A program made the position numbers and the translations under genes. This document shows, one piece after another, positions 11,687-24,291 of a DNA stretch of 39,160 nucleotides. The notes beneath the pieces were generated by a model, which saw only the letters and a list, made by a program, of their open reading frames with translations, did no database searches and had not been told where the DNA came from. Position 1 is the stretch's first letter; every line of letters starts with the position of its first letter. The DNA is from Conidiobolus incongruus B7586 (lineage: Eukaryota): positions 1 to 39,160 of the forward strand of contig JNEM01007727.1 of NCBI GenBank assembly GCA_000697335.1, given 5' to 3'.

Positions 11687-13674
11687 ATGAAAAGAAATAA
11701 GTTAAATTTTACAGATATTGGAGTGCGTGGAAGGTAGCAGACACCTTAGCTAATTATTTACTATATAACTTATTTTTTGATTAGGAGAACTGGAGTTAAA
11801 TTACCTGAAGGTGTTTCAAATGGGGACGCTTTAGAGCAAGTGGACCGGATTTTTGACGAAGTCAACCAAGAACTCGATGTTTCATCCATTATAGACCTTC
11901 ATTTTGATAAGGGAGTTAATATTATACAAGAAGGTGAGTTTTAAATTCTTCTTTCATTGATAGCAACTTAATACAAAATTTATTATTTAATTCATTAATT
12001 ATTAATTAATTTCAATTCTAGATAACATTGCAGCTGATGAATTAAGTTTTCATATTGGCCCTGATGAATCTTTTTTTGTACCAAATACATCGAGCACTGG
12101 GTTCAAAAATATATCGACCTCTTCTCCTTATTCTTCTCAGTCAAAATCTCCAAGTACTAAAACAAAGCCAAATATACGCTCTCCTAAAGTAGCAAAGCAT
12201 GTTTCTTCCTCTAAATCTCTTCAGCATGGACTTGATAATGAATTTGGTGATTTGCCAGTCATCGATGTTGATCAATTTGATTTAATAGATTCGACACCCT
12301 CAGATTTTTATTCCAACTTATCCAAGACTCTCGCATCTCAGAGACAGGGTACACCTACTAAAAGTCATCCTTCAAAATCTTCCAAGTCTCCAGTTTCAAC
12401 AACCCAGAGGTCACCTGCAAAATCGCCTTCAAAACTGACCTCAAAATCGTCACGGAAATCACCTCGCAAATCGCCTAGTTCTACTACGTTACAATCACCA
12501 ACTGCCAAAAAGTTAAAAACATCAGCTAGTATGTTGAAGGAATTAGCTAATACAAGCTCTCCCAGTAAAAAGACTAAGGCAAGTGAAAATCCATCCCCTA
12601 GTAAAGATAAGAATCTTAAGGAAACCAAGGAACCTCACCAAACGAAGGCAATCACTGAAAAATCTAGAAAAATGCTATCCAATCAGCGCAAAGTCAAAGA
12701 CAAGAAATTAAATAATAATGTATCATCTAAATCAGTTGCCAGAACTTCAAATCATGAGGAAGCGAAACCTGGAAGTAAGTTTTATTTTTGTTAAATTATT
12801 AATTTTTATTAATCATATTGAATTTACTTAGCTAGGAGAAGTAAAAGACATCGTATTCAGCCTCTTAAATTTTGGGAAAATGAAAGATTGGTTTATAAAT
12901 TTGAAGAAACTGGTATAATTTTTTTTAATTTCTCAGCATATAACTAATTTAATTTAAAAGATGGTGGCAGAGTACCCGTATTGAAAGACATTATCACGTC
13001 TAAAGAAACTGATGAAATACCTCAAAACAAGAAGAAAGTTACTCGTAAATCATCTAAATCCTCTGTTTCGACTACCAAATCGACAAAATTTACCAGTCTT
13101 AAATCATTATATGAACATATCAATGATAAGAATAGATTAATCAAACCTCCAAATGCTATAGTTAATGATTTCAATACCAATATGTTAGTCACTAAAGATA
13201 TTTTTTTCCCATTTCCCACTATTCATTTTGACGATGATAACACTAAAGGGGCTCTATTTAAGTATACATTTAAAGAGCCTGGCCTATTCTCAACGGGAAT
13301 GCTTTCCATTTGCCCAGGTGGTAAAAAAGAAATGAGAATGTCGGGGAATTTAATATTAGTAATTCAATTTTATCATCTTGTTTCTAATTTTCTAATCGGT
13401 TTTAATTGATTAATTTAGAGCTTTTTTGTAATCTATGGTAAAGTTCAAGCTAAAGTTCATCAAAATGAATTTACAGTAGAATCGGGCGATCACTTTGTTG
13501 TGCCCAGAAGTAATTACGACCCACAGATAGCTATTTCATTTTTCTAACTATGTTAATATAGATAATCATTATCAGATAAAAAATTTGAATAATAACGAAG
13601 AGTGTCGTTTATTCTTTACAATTTGCCAAGAACCTAATTCTTCGTACAATTCACCAATGGGTACCGAGTCATAA
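11687..13674 (+). CDS. MIF2: Inner kinetochore protein CENP-C / Mif2 / Cnp3, multi-exon
   Basis: N-terminal FTDIGVRGR-RTG, Ser/Pro/Lys-rich middle region, CENP-C motif RRSKRHRIQPLKFWENERLVY (~12834-12897), C-terminal cupin domain (FSTGMLSICPGGKK..FFVIYGKVQAKVH..FVVPRNNHYQIKN..RLFF); six GT-AG introns. Confidence 0.92.
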
Positions 13675-14223
13675 TATTCTTTTATGTTAATGTATATATT
13701 CTCATCGTTCATTCAAGCTTGTTGTAATAGTCTGAATTTTGGCAAGCTGAATATTTTGAATAACTTACCGCGTACAAATCAATGTATAAACTATCGCTCA
13801 TTGAAATTAATCTACATCATAATAAATATAATTGAAAAATTTGATTAAAAATATTGCTCAATTTGATAAAATATTCTACTTTAATATCAACCTAATGCCA
13901 ATTTGCATTAGCAATAGTAATCGAAATATCAGTCTACCTAATGGAGTTCAATTTTTATTGTGAATCAACGTATTTCAAAAGATTATACTAACTGAACAAG
14001 CCAAACTGATTCATATTATAAATATTTAAGATATATTACTCCTTTTCATTCATTTTAACCTTAGTTTAAAATACATGAATGTTATAAGAATTAACCCATT
14101 CTTCTATATTAATACAATTAAAATGTATTTCTAAAATGCAACAATATTTTTAAAAATAAATTGACTCATATATTATATGCTTTTATTACTAGAATTAAAT
14201 ATTAAAACAATATATGGAGAATA

Positions 14224-16109
14224 TTAATTTACTTTATTACTAATGAATCGTTTCATCATATCAAAGCTATTACCATCAGACATCAATTCAAGCACTTCAC
14301 TTTTGCCAACTTGAACTCTCCCTTCATCATCAGTGGTAATAACCCTAAGTCTACCAAATTTAGGCTCTAATCCCAAGACCTTACCCTTAATATTATCACG
14401 ATCTGTCAACGTGACCAATTGATTAGAGTGCAACCATCTGTGGTAGAAGAGGGGTTCGAAAGGAACGAGACCATTTCGACGCTTCAAAAATTGGCGGTAA
14501 AGTTGCTGAAAGTTTAATATAATTCTAGCTAAAAATCCTTCTTGCGTTATTTCTTTCAGATTAGCGTGGTGATATGCGTTATATTGGCGAATCATTTCGT
14601 TAATGGATAGGGCTGGAGCTGGATTGGAAGTATTGACGCCACACTCAATCACTAGAGCGAATTCGTTACCATTGATAGAACTTTGAATTAGAATGCCACC
14701 TACTTTAGTCAATTTGCCATTTGGATCTTCTATGTAATCCCTTCCATAGATATCGTTGGGCCGTTTCAGATGTAATGGTAATTGTTCATAATCTGGAAGG
14801 TTGAACAAACTTTCCGTAACAGCTAATCCATCAAGATATTGAATCAAGATGACAGAAACATCAGGTTCATTGGGATGTCTAACGAGCATTGAAAATTGTA
14901 AGCGTCCTTTAGGAGACACCCACGCACTATTACCTCTCCTTTGCCAGAAGTTTGTTGAGAAGCGACGCATAAAGTACCACTGGGAAGGAGCTGTTTAAAT
15001 TTGTAGTGCTTTTCAAACAATAATTGGGTAGAAGTCAATACACCTCCATAAATTAATGGGTTGCCAATATTGGGTACAAGGTTAAAAGAAGTAGCAGCTT
15101 TTGTCAGATAATTGAAAAAGTTATTAATGTTAAAGAATAGGCCATTGGGAAGTTCGTTGCTAGAGTTGACAGGTAAAATAGATGGGTAGTGATCCGAAGA
15201 GGTGTCATATTGCTGAATCAACTTGAAATGATTCATTAAGTCGTCGAAAACACCTTTGTTAGATTGATCCTGTAGAGATTTTATAATAGAATAGTGAGAC
15301 AAACTGGGAATACTAGCTAAGATTAATGGAGTAAGTTTGGGGGAGTCTCTGTATTATTCAACTTTAAAGATAATAATTGAAAAATTTCAATAGCAACTTG
15401 CTGATGGATTTTTTCATATTCTTTCAGAGCAGTTCCAATTTTATGCGATTTATAAGTGTTGATATCGAATTCTGGATGAAAGCCACTCAATAGTGCTTGA
15501 CCTCCTTTATTTTCAATCTTACATAACACCATACCCACTTCCACGCTTTTGTCGCTCACTTCTTCATGTGTTCCCACTACTCTCACTTGATCTGGATACG
15601 AAAAAGCATTTCGGAAACTGCCGCCGCCGTCATAATAAAAAGGCACTCTGATAACTTGACTAGAAGGCGATGACTGAAATTTAATCCAAGCAATTCTGGC
15701 GCCAGACTCTGAATTATATTGAAAGCCCTCGAAAGTGGGGCCACAGCAAGCGTCCGGAAAAATTTTTAAAGTTCTATCCTCCACTACTTCTGTTTCGGAA
15801 TCCCCAATCATAAATTCGCACCTGGAACTCATATAATAACCAGCAGCACAAATCCCCAACACTTGACCACCGTTAATCACGTAATTCAAAATTTTTTGAT
15901 TACATATTCCTTTTAATTGATCGCAATACGATAAGTCGCGACCTCCTGGAATCACCAACAGACTAGTAATCTTCCCAAGCTTCTTTAACAGCTTTGGGCT
16001 CAATAGTACGAATGGAATAGTTTTGACTCAAATATTTGTTTAAAAAGGTGAATGTTGCACTCACAAAAGCTGGTGATGCGCCCGGACCGTTGGAAATCAG
16101 GATATTCAT
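14224..16109 (-). pseudogene. BPL1: Biotin-protein ligase (BPL1/holocarboxylase synthetase) pseudogene, intronless, three frameshifts
   Basis: ATG at 16109 (MNILISNGPGAS), BPL_N domain PGGRDLSYC, GICAAGYY, YYDGGG; catalytic domain QQTSGKG/RGNSAWVSP, KRPND (normally KWPND), KVGGILIQS, DGNSFDMMK. Frame changes near 15965-16000, 15339-15343 and 14935-14940. Confidence 0.88.
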
Positions 16110-16358
16110 CGGATTAAACTTGAAATCAATCAAAGGTAGATATGATATTTTCTAAATAATTGTAGTGGTTTGAATTGAGTGATTAGTTTGAAACAGCCTA
16201 ATGGCATATAATAGTTAGCTGAAGATTTTTAATATATTATTAAATGATTATTTATATTCAGGAAAAGAGATTTATATAAATTAAACAGTAGTAGTCACAT
16301 AAAATATGGGTAATTTATATTTATAAAATAAAAATAGAAGGATATTCATTGAAATATT

Positions 16359-16430
16359 TGCGCCAGCTGGGAATCGAACCCAGACCACTTGCTTGGAAGG
16401 CGAGTATTCTAACCATTATACTACTGGCGC
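16359..16430 (-). tRNA. tRNA-Gly(TCC)
   Basis: Reverse complement GCGCCAG TAGTATAATGGTTAGAATA CTCGC CTTCCAA GCAAG TGGT CTGGG TTCGATT CCCAG CTGGCGC A: perfect 7-bp acceptor stem, T-arm, TCC anticodon; one C-A mismatch in the anticodon stem. Confidence 0.93.
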
Positions 16431-16449
16431 CTGTAATTAATGTGACAAT

Positions 16450-17016
16450 TGTTACTTAATTGATACCTTTCTTCACTCCAATTCACTACTAAGTACCTGA
16501 TTAACCAAGTTAGGCCTTATCAACATTTTACCAGTCCACCTCTGAGTGACCTTATTGTTACTCAGCTGTTGCATATTTATGCCTTTATATTTCGCTTAGT
16601 TATAACAGGACTGGCTCTTCCTCTTTGATCTCTCCCTTTCTTTACCTCTCCTCTTTGGCTTTCTCCTTTTTTACACAAACAAACCTTATGCCTACTTCCA
16701 AGATCTTACCTTTAGGATACTCAAACAGCTGCCTATAGTTCAACTTGAGTCATTTTACATTATTCATTCTACATTCGTTCCTATTGATATTTTGTGATTT
16801 CATCTTATTAGTATGCCGGATCCTAACGCCGCCACTGTTGCTGCTGGTCTAGTCGCTCTTTACAACGCCCCGTTTACGAGTGATCAGGACCGGATAGCCA
16901 GAGAACTGATCATCGGTAGTTTACTCCAGCTGTCAGGTGCCATGCTTCACAATTTGGCCTACAGAATAGCTGTGTCAGTATCCTAGATGACTCTCAAGGA
17001 GCTAATAACCACGACA
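16450..17016. mobile_element. Candidate solo LTR (~570 bp) just upstream of tRNA-Gly
   Basis: GC-richer island bounded by TGT (16450) and ACA (17016), flanked by ACAAT/ATAAT (4/5 match, possible TSD); 19 bp from the tRNA 5' end. Contains a polypyrimidine tract and a 57-codon ORF. Confidence 0.45.
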
Positions 17017-17364
17017 ATAATGTAATAATCAATATATAATATTATCGAAATCAATTTTATTGAAAAATGGTATTTCGAACAGTTTAATATTTCAACATTT
17101 TTATATAATTCTTCATTTATTTTAATTTTAATCATTTTATTCTCAATACTACTCATATATCAAATGTTTCATTTATATATCTTTAGTAATTCTATATTCA
17201 CTTATCTATAATGTCCAATATTTATTCATTCAATTTCACTCATTCGAATTTTTTATATCTCATTAATTTAACAAAAAGCTTTTATCAAATAAGCAAATTA
17301 AATGCGAATATTATATTTTAAATTTATGAGTAACAAAATAATATATTAATAACTAACAACGCAA

Positions 17365-20300
17365 TTAGAAAGCTGACAGATTTCTAATATCTTCCAATTT
17401 CTTAGCGACTTCGCTGGGAGATCTACCCAAATTCTCTGCAATTTGACTCTTTATATTATGGGGTAAATGTATGTAAAGTTCGCATAAATCACCATCGATA
17501 CATCCTTTGACAGGGATAGAGTTACTTCTGTAGGCAAAGTGGGATCTTCCGACAAGAGAAATATTATCCTCTTGGCGCAAGGCCTGCTCGAGAGTTTGGA
17601 AGAATTCGATATCGTCTTTGGATACGAATGGGATGAGGATACCGATTCTGCCCATTAGGGTAACGTACACTAAAACTTCGCATCCTCCAGTTACAAGGGA
17701 TACGGCTTGGAGGGATGTGACGATATCTCCAACATAGAAGTTGACTAATCGCCTAGTTCTGTGGGGTGCACCTCCGAGGTAGCCTTTTTCAAAGAGAAGT
17801 TTGTTTCCGGTGGGGTCGTCATCCACTTCTTTGCTGGTTTCTTCGGATGTACGGTTGACGAAAATGTTGCCGAATTTGTCACCAATAGCGATCGTATTAT
17901 AATCTAATTGATATGAACTTGTGACGGCAGCACTGGTGTCATCATCAGCAAAGATGATCATTTGATTGTCTGATGGACGATAAGTAGCAAAGAAGAAGGA
18001 ATCTTGGGAATCACCTGCCAAAATACGATTGCCTTGGGTGTGAAGAGATACAATCATATTAGGCACCAATCTGCACTGGCATTTTCGAAGCATTTTCTTC
18101 TTGCCCATATCGTAAATTCTCAACGTTTTACCCACGCCGGCGAGTAATCGACCTTGAAATGCTGCAACAGCCATTGGGAAGTCGTCGACGGGAGTTTTGT
18201 GGACGAGTTCTAGCGATGTGCCATCGACGTCCCATTTGTATAAATTGAGATTGGCTTCGGAGCATGATCTAGGAGCCAAAACAGCATTCTTAGCAGTGCC
18301 AACTACCAAATAACGAGTGGAGATATCGGAATAGGATTGAAGGTTACACATACTGAAAATTGCTTCGTTTTCGTCTAATTCAATCTCAGACAACATTTCA
18401 CCATCGAAAGGATTAACCACTAAGATTTGGGATGCCCATTTGCCAGGTTTGTCAGATTGAGGATTTCCAAATGTTAAAGGATCAAGTGCAAGAGCACCAG
18501 GATTTTCGGATTTTAATAAACGATCCAATTCTTGTTTGGAATAAGTATTATTTTCGGATAATCCAATAGCAAAGTTATTACTCTCGGGATGGCATACAAA
18601 ACGTCTAGGAGTATATTTTAATGGAATTGATGCTTGGTTGAATACACCGCCCAGTTGCTCTACAGATACAATTCTTAACGTGTTATCGGCAATGGCTACA
18701 ATACCTTCGGGACATTGTTCGGAACTGAAACTTGATCCTGAATCTAACATTTCATAAGATAGAGGAGTGGTATGAGTCCTTGATTGATAAGTGTAGCTCA
18801 ACCATGGACGACTAGACAAAGCTAAAACTGCGGGTGAGCCTTGAAGTGATATATTGATTAATTTGACAGGTCTAGATCCTAAAAATCTGGATCTAGTATC
18901 GGAGAGAGATCCAACAGCTTGGTCAATGACAGTTTTTAACATAATACCATTAGTCAACCCAATGTGAAGATACAGTGTGCTGAAGTTGGCACCATGCTCT
19001 TTATCCAACATTTCAATAATTGCAAGGGATGATGGATTGGCAGTGACGGCTTGGACACTCATTTGGCTGAGTCCAGCGTTAGGATCTAAAGTGAAAACTC
19101 TGACGGTGTTGTCACTAGAGCCAACGATCAAGAAAGGAAATCGAATTCTGTCTTCGGGGATAGGACCCAAAGCTAAAGCAGTGACATCAGAAGCGACTTG
19201 GATAGTTTCTTCATATTCAACCAAAGTATTGGTGTTATCCAATTCAAAGTACATTATTTCTCCACCAGAGAGAGCAATAGCAACTTGACGACTGTTTGTA
19301 GCAGCGTGTAATATGATTCTTTGGTTGGGAGGATGCCATTCATTAACTTTGCCATTGCTATGGATGTGTCTGATACCGTGAGAATGAATTTGGATAATAC
19401 CATCAGGTCCAATTTGCTGAAGTGCAATTGTGGGTACGGTGGTAAGAAGGCCGGAATCAGTAACTTCTTCAACAGTTTCACCAATTGAAAGAACTAATGT
19501 GGCGTTGGCAAAGGAGACAACAATGTATGCATCGTGAGGAGCATCCGAAGTAAGCTTGGTAGTCCATACAGCACTGGGGTGACCAGGAAGGTCAGAGACT
19601 GCCATTTCAGTAACTTCCAAACCATGACGGAAAATTCTGAAAGATGAACGACTGCCTCTACCACACAGTGAATAAATTTGAGGAGAATCTTCCTCAGTTA
19701 AATTATGCAATTGACTATAAATACTGGGAGAGGAATTCAGCACTTGGTCGACAAGCGCTAGGTTGGTCAATTCTCTGGGCATAAAAGTGACGATTGGGAA
19801 TTCTTCACCAATAGGGTAATCGTCACTATTCCAAGTGGGATCATCAGTGTTGTCACCCAAACTTTCAAATTGGTACAATTGATGATCACCAGCTTCGCAT
19901 GTGACTAGCATGAATCCAGATCTTAAAATAGTGAATCCGGTAGCAAGGGGAAGGGTGTCAAAGTATTTGATGGTAATTGATTTAACAGCATTTTGTTCAT
20001 GATCAATAGTAACTTTGTAAATATCACCAACTTCACTCTGTACCAAAGCAAAGAATGAGTTTTTCATTCTATGTAAAGCGCTTGCAATGATAATCAGACC
20101 TCTATTTGATGGATTGGGCGATTGTCTATGAGGAATAGGAACTCTGTGTTGGGGGGTATCTTGATGCCTATATGTAATCCAGTTCTCAGAGCAAACTAAT
20201 ACACCAGAAGGGCCATCAACACCGCCTGGTAGAGAAATGAGGAGATTGGACTTGGGATCAACTGGATCACTCCACTTTTTAACGACATGATTTAGACCCA

Positions 20301-20958
20301 AATCTAATTCGTAGTATGTGAGCATTTTTTGAGTTTGGTTGAAAGCTTCACCAGTATGGTCCTGATCAGCTTCCGAATAGTCAACTTCTAAACAAGCGAA
20401 AACTGGATTTTCAAAGCCAACATCTACACCAACACAAGAGTGAAGTATTGTGTGAGATTTGTGAGCTTCTAAAGGACTACTAACGGTCAAATTGGCGGCA
20501 GAATCTCTATTCATAATATACACAAGCTTCTGCTTTTCGAGGGCGGAAATCATAACAGCTCTCCCTTTGGGATCGGTTGCAAGATATTGACCAGGTACAA
20601 CTCTTCTACATCCAGACTTGCCAAATGTTTCTTCTTGAACCACCACCAACTTATTCAATTTAGCATCGTATTCTAACACGGAAAACTTTCCAGAATCTGA
20701 TCCCACCACAATATAATCCTTACTACCACCCGTCAATCTGAAAGGTTTAATATCTCTAATGACACCAAAGCCCCACTGACGTAATATGGTCACGACTTTC
20801 CCTAAGTTAGGGTCGATTTTTACGAGTTGTAGCGAATCTCCGTGATTGAATAAAATTTCTTGAGATTTTGTGCCTAAAAAATTTCCAAGGATTTGGTTGT
20901 GTACTTGGGTAGTTGGCGATAATGTTAAGTTATATAAGAACATATCAGAATTAGTCAT
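17365..20958 (-). CDS. RSE1: Pre-mRNA splicing factor SF3B3/Rse1 (SAP130), 1197 aa, intronless
   Basis: MFLYNLTL, FRLTGGSKDYIVVGSDSG, ETFGKSGCRRVVPGQYLATDPKGRA, YYELDLGLNHVV, GRGSRSSFR, DKFGNIF, PVKGCIDGDLCE. Confidence 0.98.
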   Translation of the reverse strand: MTNSDMFLYNLTLSPTTQVHNQILGNFLGTKSQEILFNHGDSLQLVKIDPNLGKVVTILRQWGFGVIRDIKPFRLTGGSKDYIVVGSDSGKFSVLEYDAKLNKLVVVQEETFGKSGCRRVVPGQYLATDPKGRAVMISALEKQKLVYIMNRDSAANLTVSSPLEAHKSHTILHSCVGVDVGFENPVFACLEVDYSEADQDHTGEAFNQTQKMLTYYELDLGLNHVVKKWSDPVDPKSNLLISLPGGVDGPSGVLVCSENWITYRHQDTPQHRVPIPHRQSPNPSNRGLIIIASALHRMKNSFFALVQSEVGDIYKVTIDHEQNAVKSITIKYFDTLPLATGFTILRSGFMLVTCEAGDHQLYQFESLGDNTDDPTWNSDDYPIGEEFPIVTFMPRELTNLALVDQVLNSSPSIYSQLHNLTEEDSPQIYSLCGRGSRSSFRIFRHGLEVTEMAVSDLPGHPSAVWTTKLTSDAPHDAYIVVSFANATLVLSIGETVEEVTDSGLLTTVPTIALQQIGPDGIIQIHSHGIRHIHSNGKVNEWHPPNQRIILHAATNSRQVAIALSGGEIMYFELDNTNTLVEYEETIQVASDVTALALGPIPEDRIRFPFLIVGSSDNTVRVFTLDPNAGLSQMSVQAVTANPSSLAIIEMLDKEHGANFSTLYLHIGLTNGIMLKTVIDQAVGSLSDTRSRFLGSRPVKLINISLQGSPAVLALSSRPWLSYTYQSRTHTTPLSYEMLDSGSSFSSEQCPEGIVAIADNTLRIVSVEQLGGVFNQASIPLKYTPRRFVCHPESNNFAIGLSENNTYSKQELDRLLKSENPGALALDPLTFGNPQSDKPGKWASQILVVNPFDGEMLSEIELDENEAIFSMCNLQSYSDISTRYLVVGTAKNAVLAPRSCSEANLNLYKWDVDGTSLELVHKTPVDDFPMAVAAFQGRLLAGVGKTLRIYDMGKKKMLRKCQCRLVPNMIVSLHTQGNRILAGDSQDSFFFATYRPSDNQMIIFADDDTSAAVTSSYQLDYNTIAIGDKFGNIFVNRTSEETSKEVDDDPTGNKLLFEKGYLGGAPHRTRRLVNFYVGDIVTSLQAVSLVTGGCEVLVYVTLMGRIGILIPFVSKDDIEFFQTLEQALRQEDNISLVGRSHFAYRSNSIPVKGCIDGDLCELYIHLPHNIKSQIAENLGRSPSEVAKKLEDIRNLSAF

Positions 20959-21794
20959 TTTGAATAGAATTTAAAATATATAATTGGATACAATTTAAAT
21001 GGTTTATAAAATTTAGTTATCAATAAATTATATTTATAGAATTTGATTAGTAATAATTAAATATATAATTTTTTTTAAAACTTACTTGTATTCTCAAATA
21101 ATTTATTTGATTGCTTCACCTGGTAATTTTTATCGTATATTTTTTTGTTTAATTAAATTATGGGTCTACTAATCTGAAGTCATCATTCTTTATTTCATTT
21201 GAATTTTCGAGTTATTCAGTTGAACAACGAAATTAGCATAAAAATTAATATAAACATATGACTTGAAGCTTTTATTTAATATTATAGTATATAAGGTACA
21301 TATACCAAGTTGAAAAACCCTATTTTTGTTCTAATTATTACACGCATTTGAATAAACCTTACATAGTACTAAAAATAAAAATGCTTAATTTTTTAATGAA
21401 ATTGTGACTAAAAAATCTTGATATTTTATTAAAATTAATTAGTTTTAATTTTCATGTTTGAGAATATAGAATCAATATATATATATATATCATGATATCT
21501 TAATTTCAAATCATATAATTGAATGATCCACTTTTTTCGATAAATATTATGATCTTATTATTTTCTGTATATTTCTATTTCTGTGGTATTTAGATTTATA
21601 AATATTCAACTCAAAAAAATCCCACAACTGTTATAGCTCTGAGTTCATTATAATTGAATTAAAAATAATTAAAATTTTGATTATTAGAAATTACTAACAA
21701 AAAATATTAATTAATCGAAACTCAATTACTTATTAGATACAATTCATTGTTAAAATCATTATTTATTTTGATTTAAAAGAACTATTAATTATTT

Positions 21795-24291
21795 ATGGCT
21801 GGTATATTTATTTTAAATAGTTGAATTGAGCTATAAATTTTTATCACAACTCATAGATTTAAGTGCATTTTTTGGAGAAGACGAAGAAGATTATTACCAA
21901 GTTGAAGAAAACTTAACTCATTTAGATATTCATAACTACGACGATAAACCAATAGAAGAGAGCGGTGCTATTAATGAAGAATTAAATCAAGCTATTAATA
22001 CTCCTATTCCTAATAATGAGTTAAATTTCATTACTGATTCGGAAGTGGACCAATATTCGGAGAAAGATGAAGAGGAGTTAAGTCACACTCCTTTAATATT
22101 TTTTGGAAAATATGGTCAATATCTTTTATAAATTCCTTTAGTATTTAACTTAATTTTTATATATAATAGATGAAGATCTCGAATTTGAATCATTTGATAG
22201 TAATGATTCAATTGAATATTTAATAAAATCAATTTATGCTAAAACTTTACCAAGGTAAAAATTCTATAATACATTTATTTTATATTATTAATAAATTTCT
22301 TTAATAGGAAATTGTGGGCTGCTGAAAACATGATGCCAATTTTAAATAAAAATTCTTGGTTAGAAGGCTTTAAACAAATTTTTCATTTAACTTCTTTTAT
22401 TTTAGATGATCCAAGTAATTTTAATATTAAATTGTTGCAAATTATCAGTTAATCATATCCATTAGATTATGAATTTAAAATTGCTTTGGCTGAAAATTTT
22501 GATAAATTGTTGATATATCTTTATAAGGTAATATTGATATAATATTATTCATTTTATTCATAAAACTCACTTTAAAGACAGTACATTGATAACAAAGATG
22601 ACTATCCTCAAATAGAATTTGAAACCATTGATTTTGACGAAGAGATGTACGGTTTAATCGAGAGTTCCATGTTAAATAGCAAATCGCCAATATTTAGTAC
22701 TTCCCCCACATGTATTGGAAAGCTTAATAATTTTCTCTCTCAAGCATCTTCTGAAAGTGTGCACCACTTTCTAAGTGTGGTTTTAGAAATTTTCAATAAT
22801 TATGATATGGAACCTTTCAACTCTGCTGGTCTTCTTCCTATTTTCATGAAGGTGATTTTTATTTGTATTATTATTTCATGACCTAATTAATTTACAATAT
22901 AGATTTTATCCGAAACAATCTCCTACCTCAGCCTTGAAACAGTTAATAATGAATTGATCCCTGTATTAGTAACGATGTCATCTCATCAAATGTATCAAAC
23001 CAGAAAAGAGTGTATCCCATGCTTCAATTATTTGATTACTTCATTACATAGTTCAATTGACTTTGATCTAATAATTTCGCTATATTCAAACTTGGTTTCA
23101 GATAACAATCATGAAGTGCGCCATGATGCCTGCTTAAATTTAAAAAGCATGGCAGATACTTTGATTGCCCAAAACAGACAGGATGATTTACTGAATTGGA
23201 TGGAGCATTTTCTAGATGATACTAGCTCCAAAGTTAAGGCATGTGCTCAAAATATTATTGGGCCTATAATATACGCCTTCCGGAATCAAATAGTTCCGCC
23301 TTCCCTCATGGAAAAATACATAGAAATGCCAAACTCACCCAAACCCGAAGTACGATTAACTTGCGCCAAAAACTTCCCTGGTGTACTTTTAGCATTAGGC
23401 ACTCGAGGCTGGAATACCTTGAGGGATACATTCATTCAACTTAGTAACGATTCGTTTATAGAAGTTCAAGTTGTAATTACATCATTCTTCCATGAATTAC
23501 CGAGTATTATTCCTACTGAGGAAATGTCATCTGTTGTAATCCCTATTATTCAAGAATTTTTGAATAATCGTCCCCATTCCATTTATTTGACTTTGGCTAA
23601 TAGTGCTAATAAGCTCCTCACTAGTCTTGAACCTGCTGCACAAGACACTATTTCAACAAAACTTTATGATGTGATATTTAATATATTTGAATTCTCCAAA
23701 CCAATTATTCGAGACGAGGATGGCTATTTAATGACACATGCGCGCAGTAATCTACTCATTATAGAATATATCAACAAATTGATTCCATTTTTAAATGCGG
23801 ATTTGATCACAAATGATTTGATTCCATCCCTTATAGTCAAATTGAAACTACCCAACTCTAATGAAGTTAAACTCAATGTAATTCACAGTTATGCAGTGGC
23901 TATTACAAGATTAATAGAATTGAGCGATGAGAATTACTCACCTTATGAACTAATTTCTGACACTATTCAAAATTTGGAAGGGAGTTCGGATTACAAATGT
24001 CGTCAATATATCATTATGATTCTTAACGAAGTTGTCAAATTCAACCCTAATAATCGCAATCTACACAAAATAATCCTAAATCCTTTAAACAGACTAGTTA
24101 ACGATAAAGTGAAAAGTGTCCAGCTTAGCATTGCTCGATTCCTCAAAGATTTTTCTAAGCTGATAGATCCGGCACAAGAAAATGATCCCATCGTTAATCT
24201 ATACTTTTCATTGTTTAATCAGCTCAATACTCACGAAGATTTTGAGATCCAGCACGAATTATCGAAAGCTAGTTCATTTCCTGTCGTTTAA
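21795..24291 (+). CDS. HEAT-repeat protein phosphatase 4 regulatory subunit 1 (PP4R1)-like (exons 21795-21801, 21857-22114, 22170-22254, 22308-22414, 22466-22527, 22582-22851, 22903-24291)
   Basis: Spliced N-terminus MADLSAFFGEDEED resembles the PP4R1 start; HEAT repeats (LVSDNNHEVR, FLDDTSSKVK, CAKNFPGVLLALGTRGWNTLRDTF, LVNDKVKSVQ); all introns GT-AG and in frame. Confidence 0.8.

Noticed and set aside
14224..16109. Programmed frameshifting or hidden introns in BPL1
   Set aside because: The shifts go in mixed directions, there is no room for introns, and a conserved active-site Trp is also substituted.
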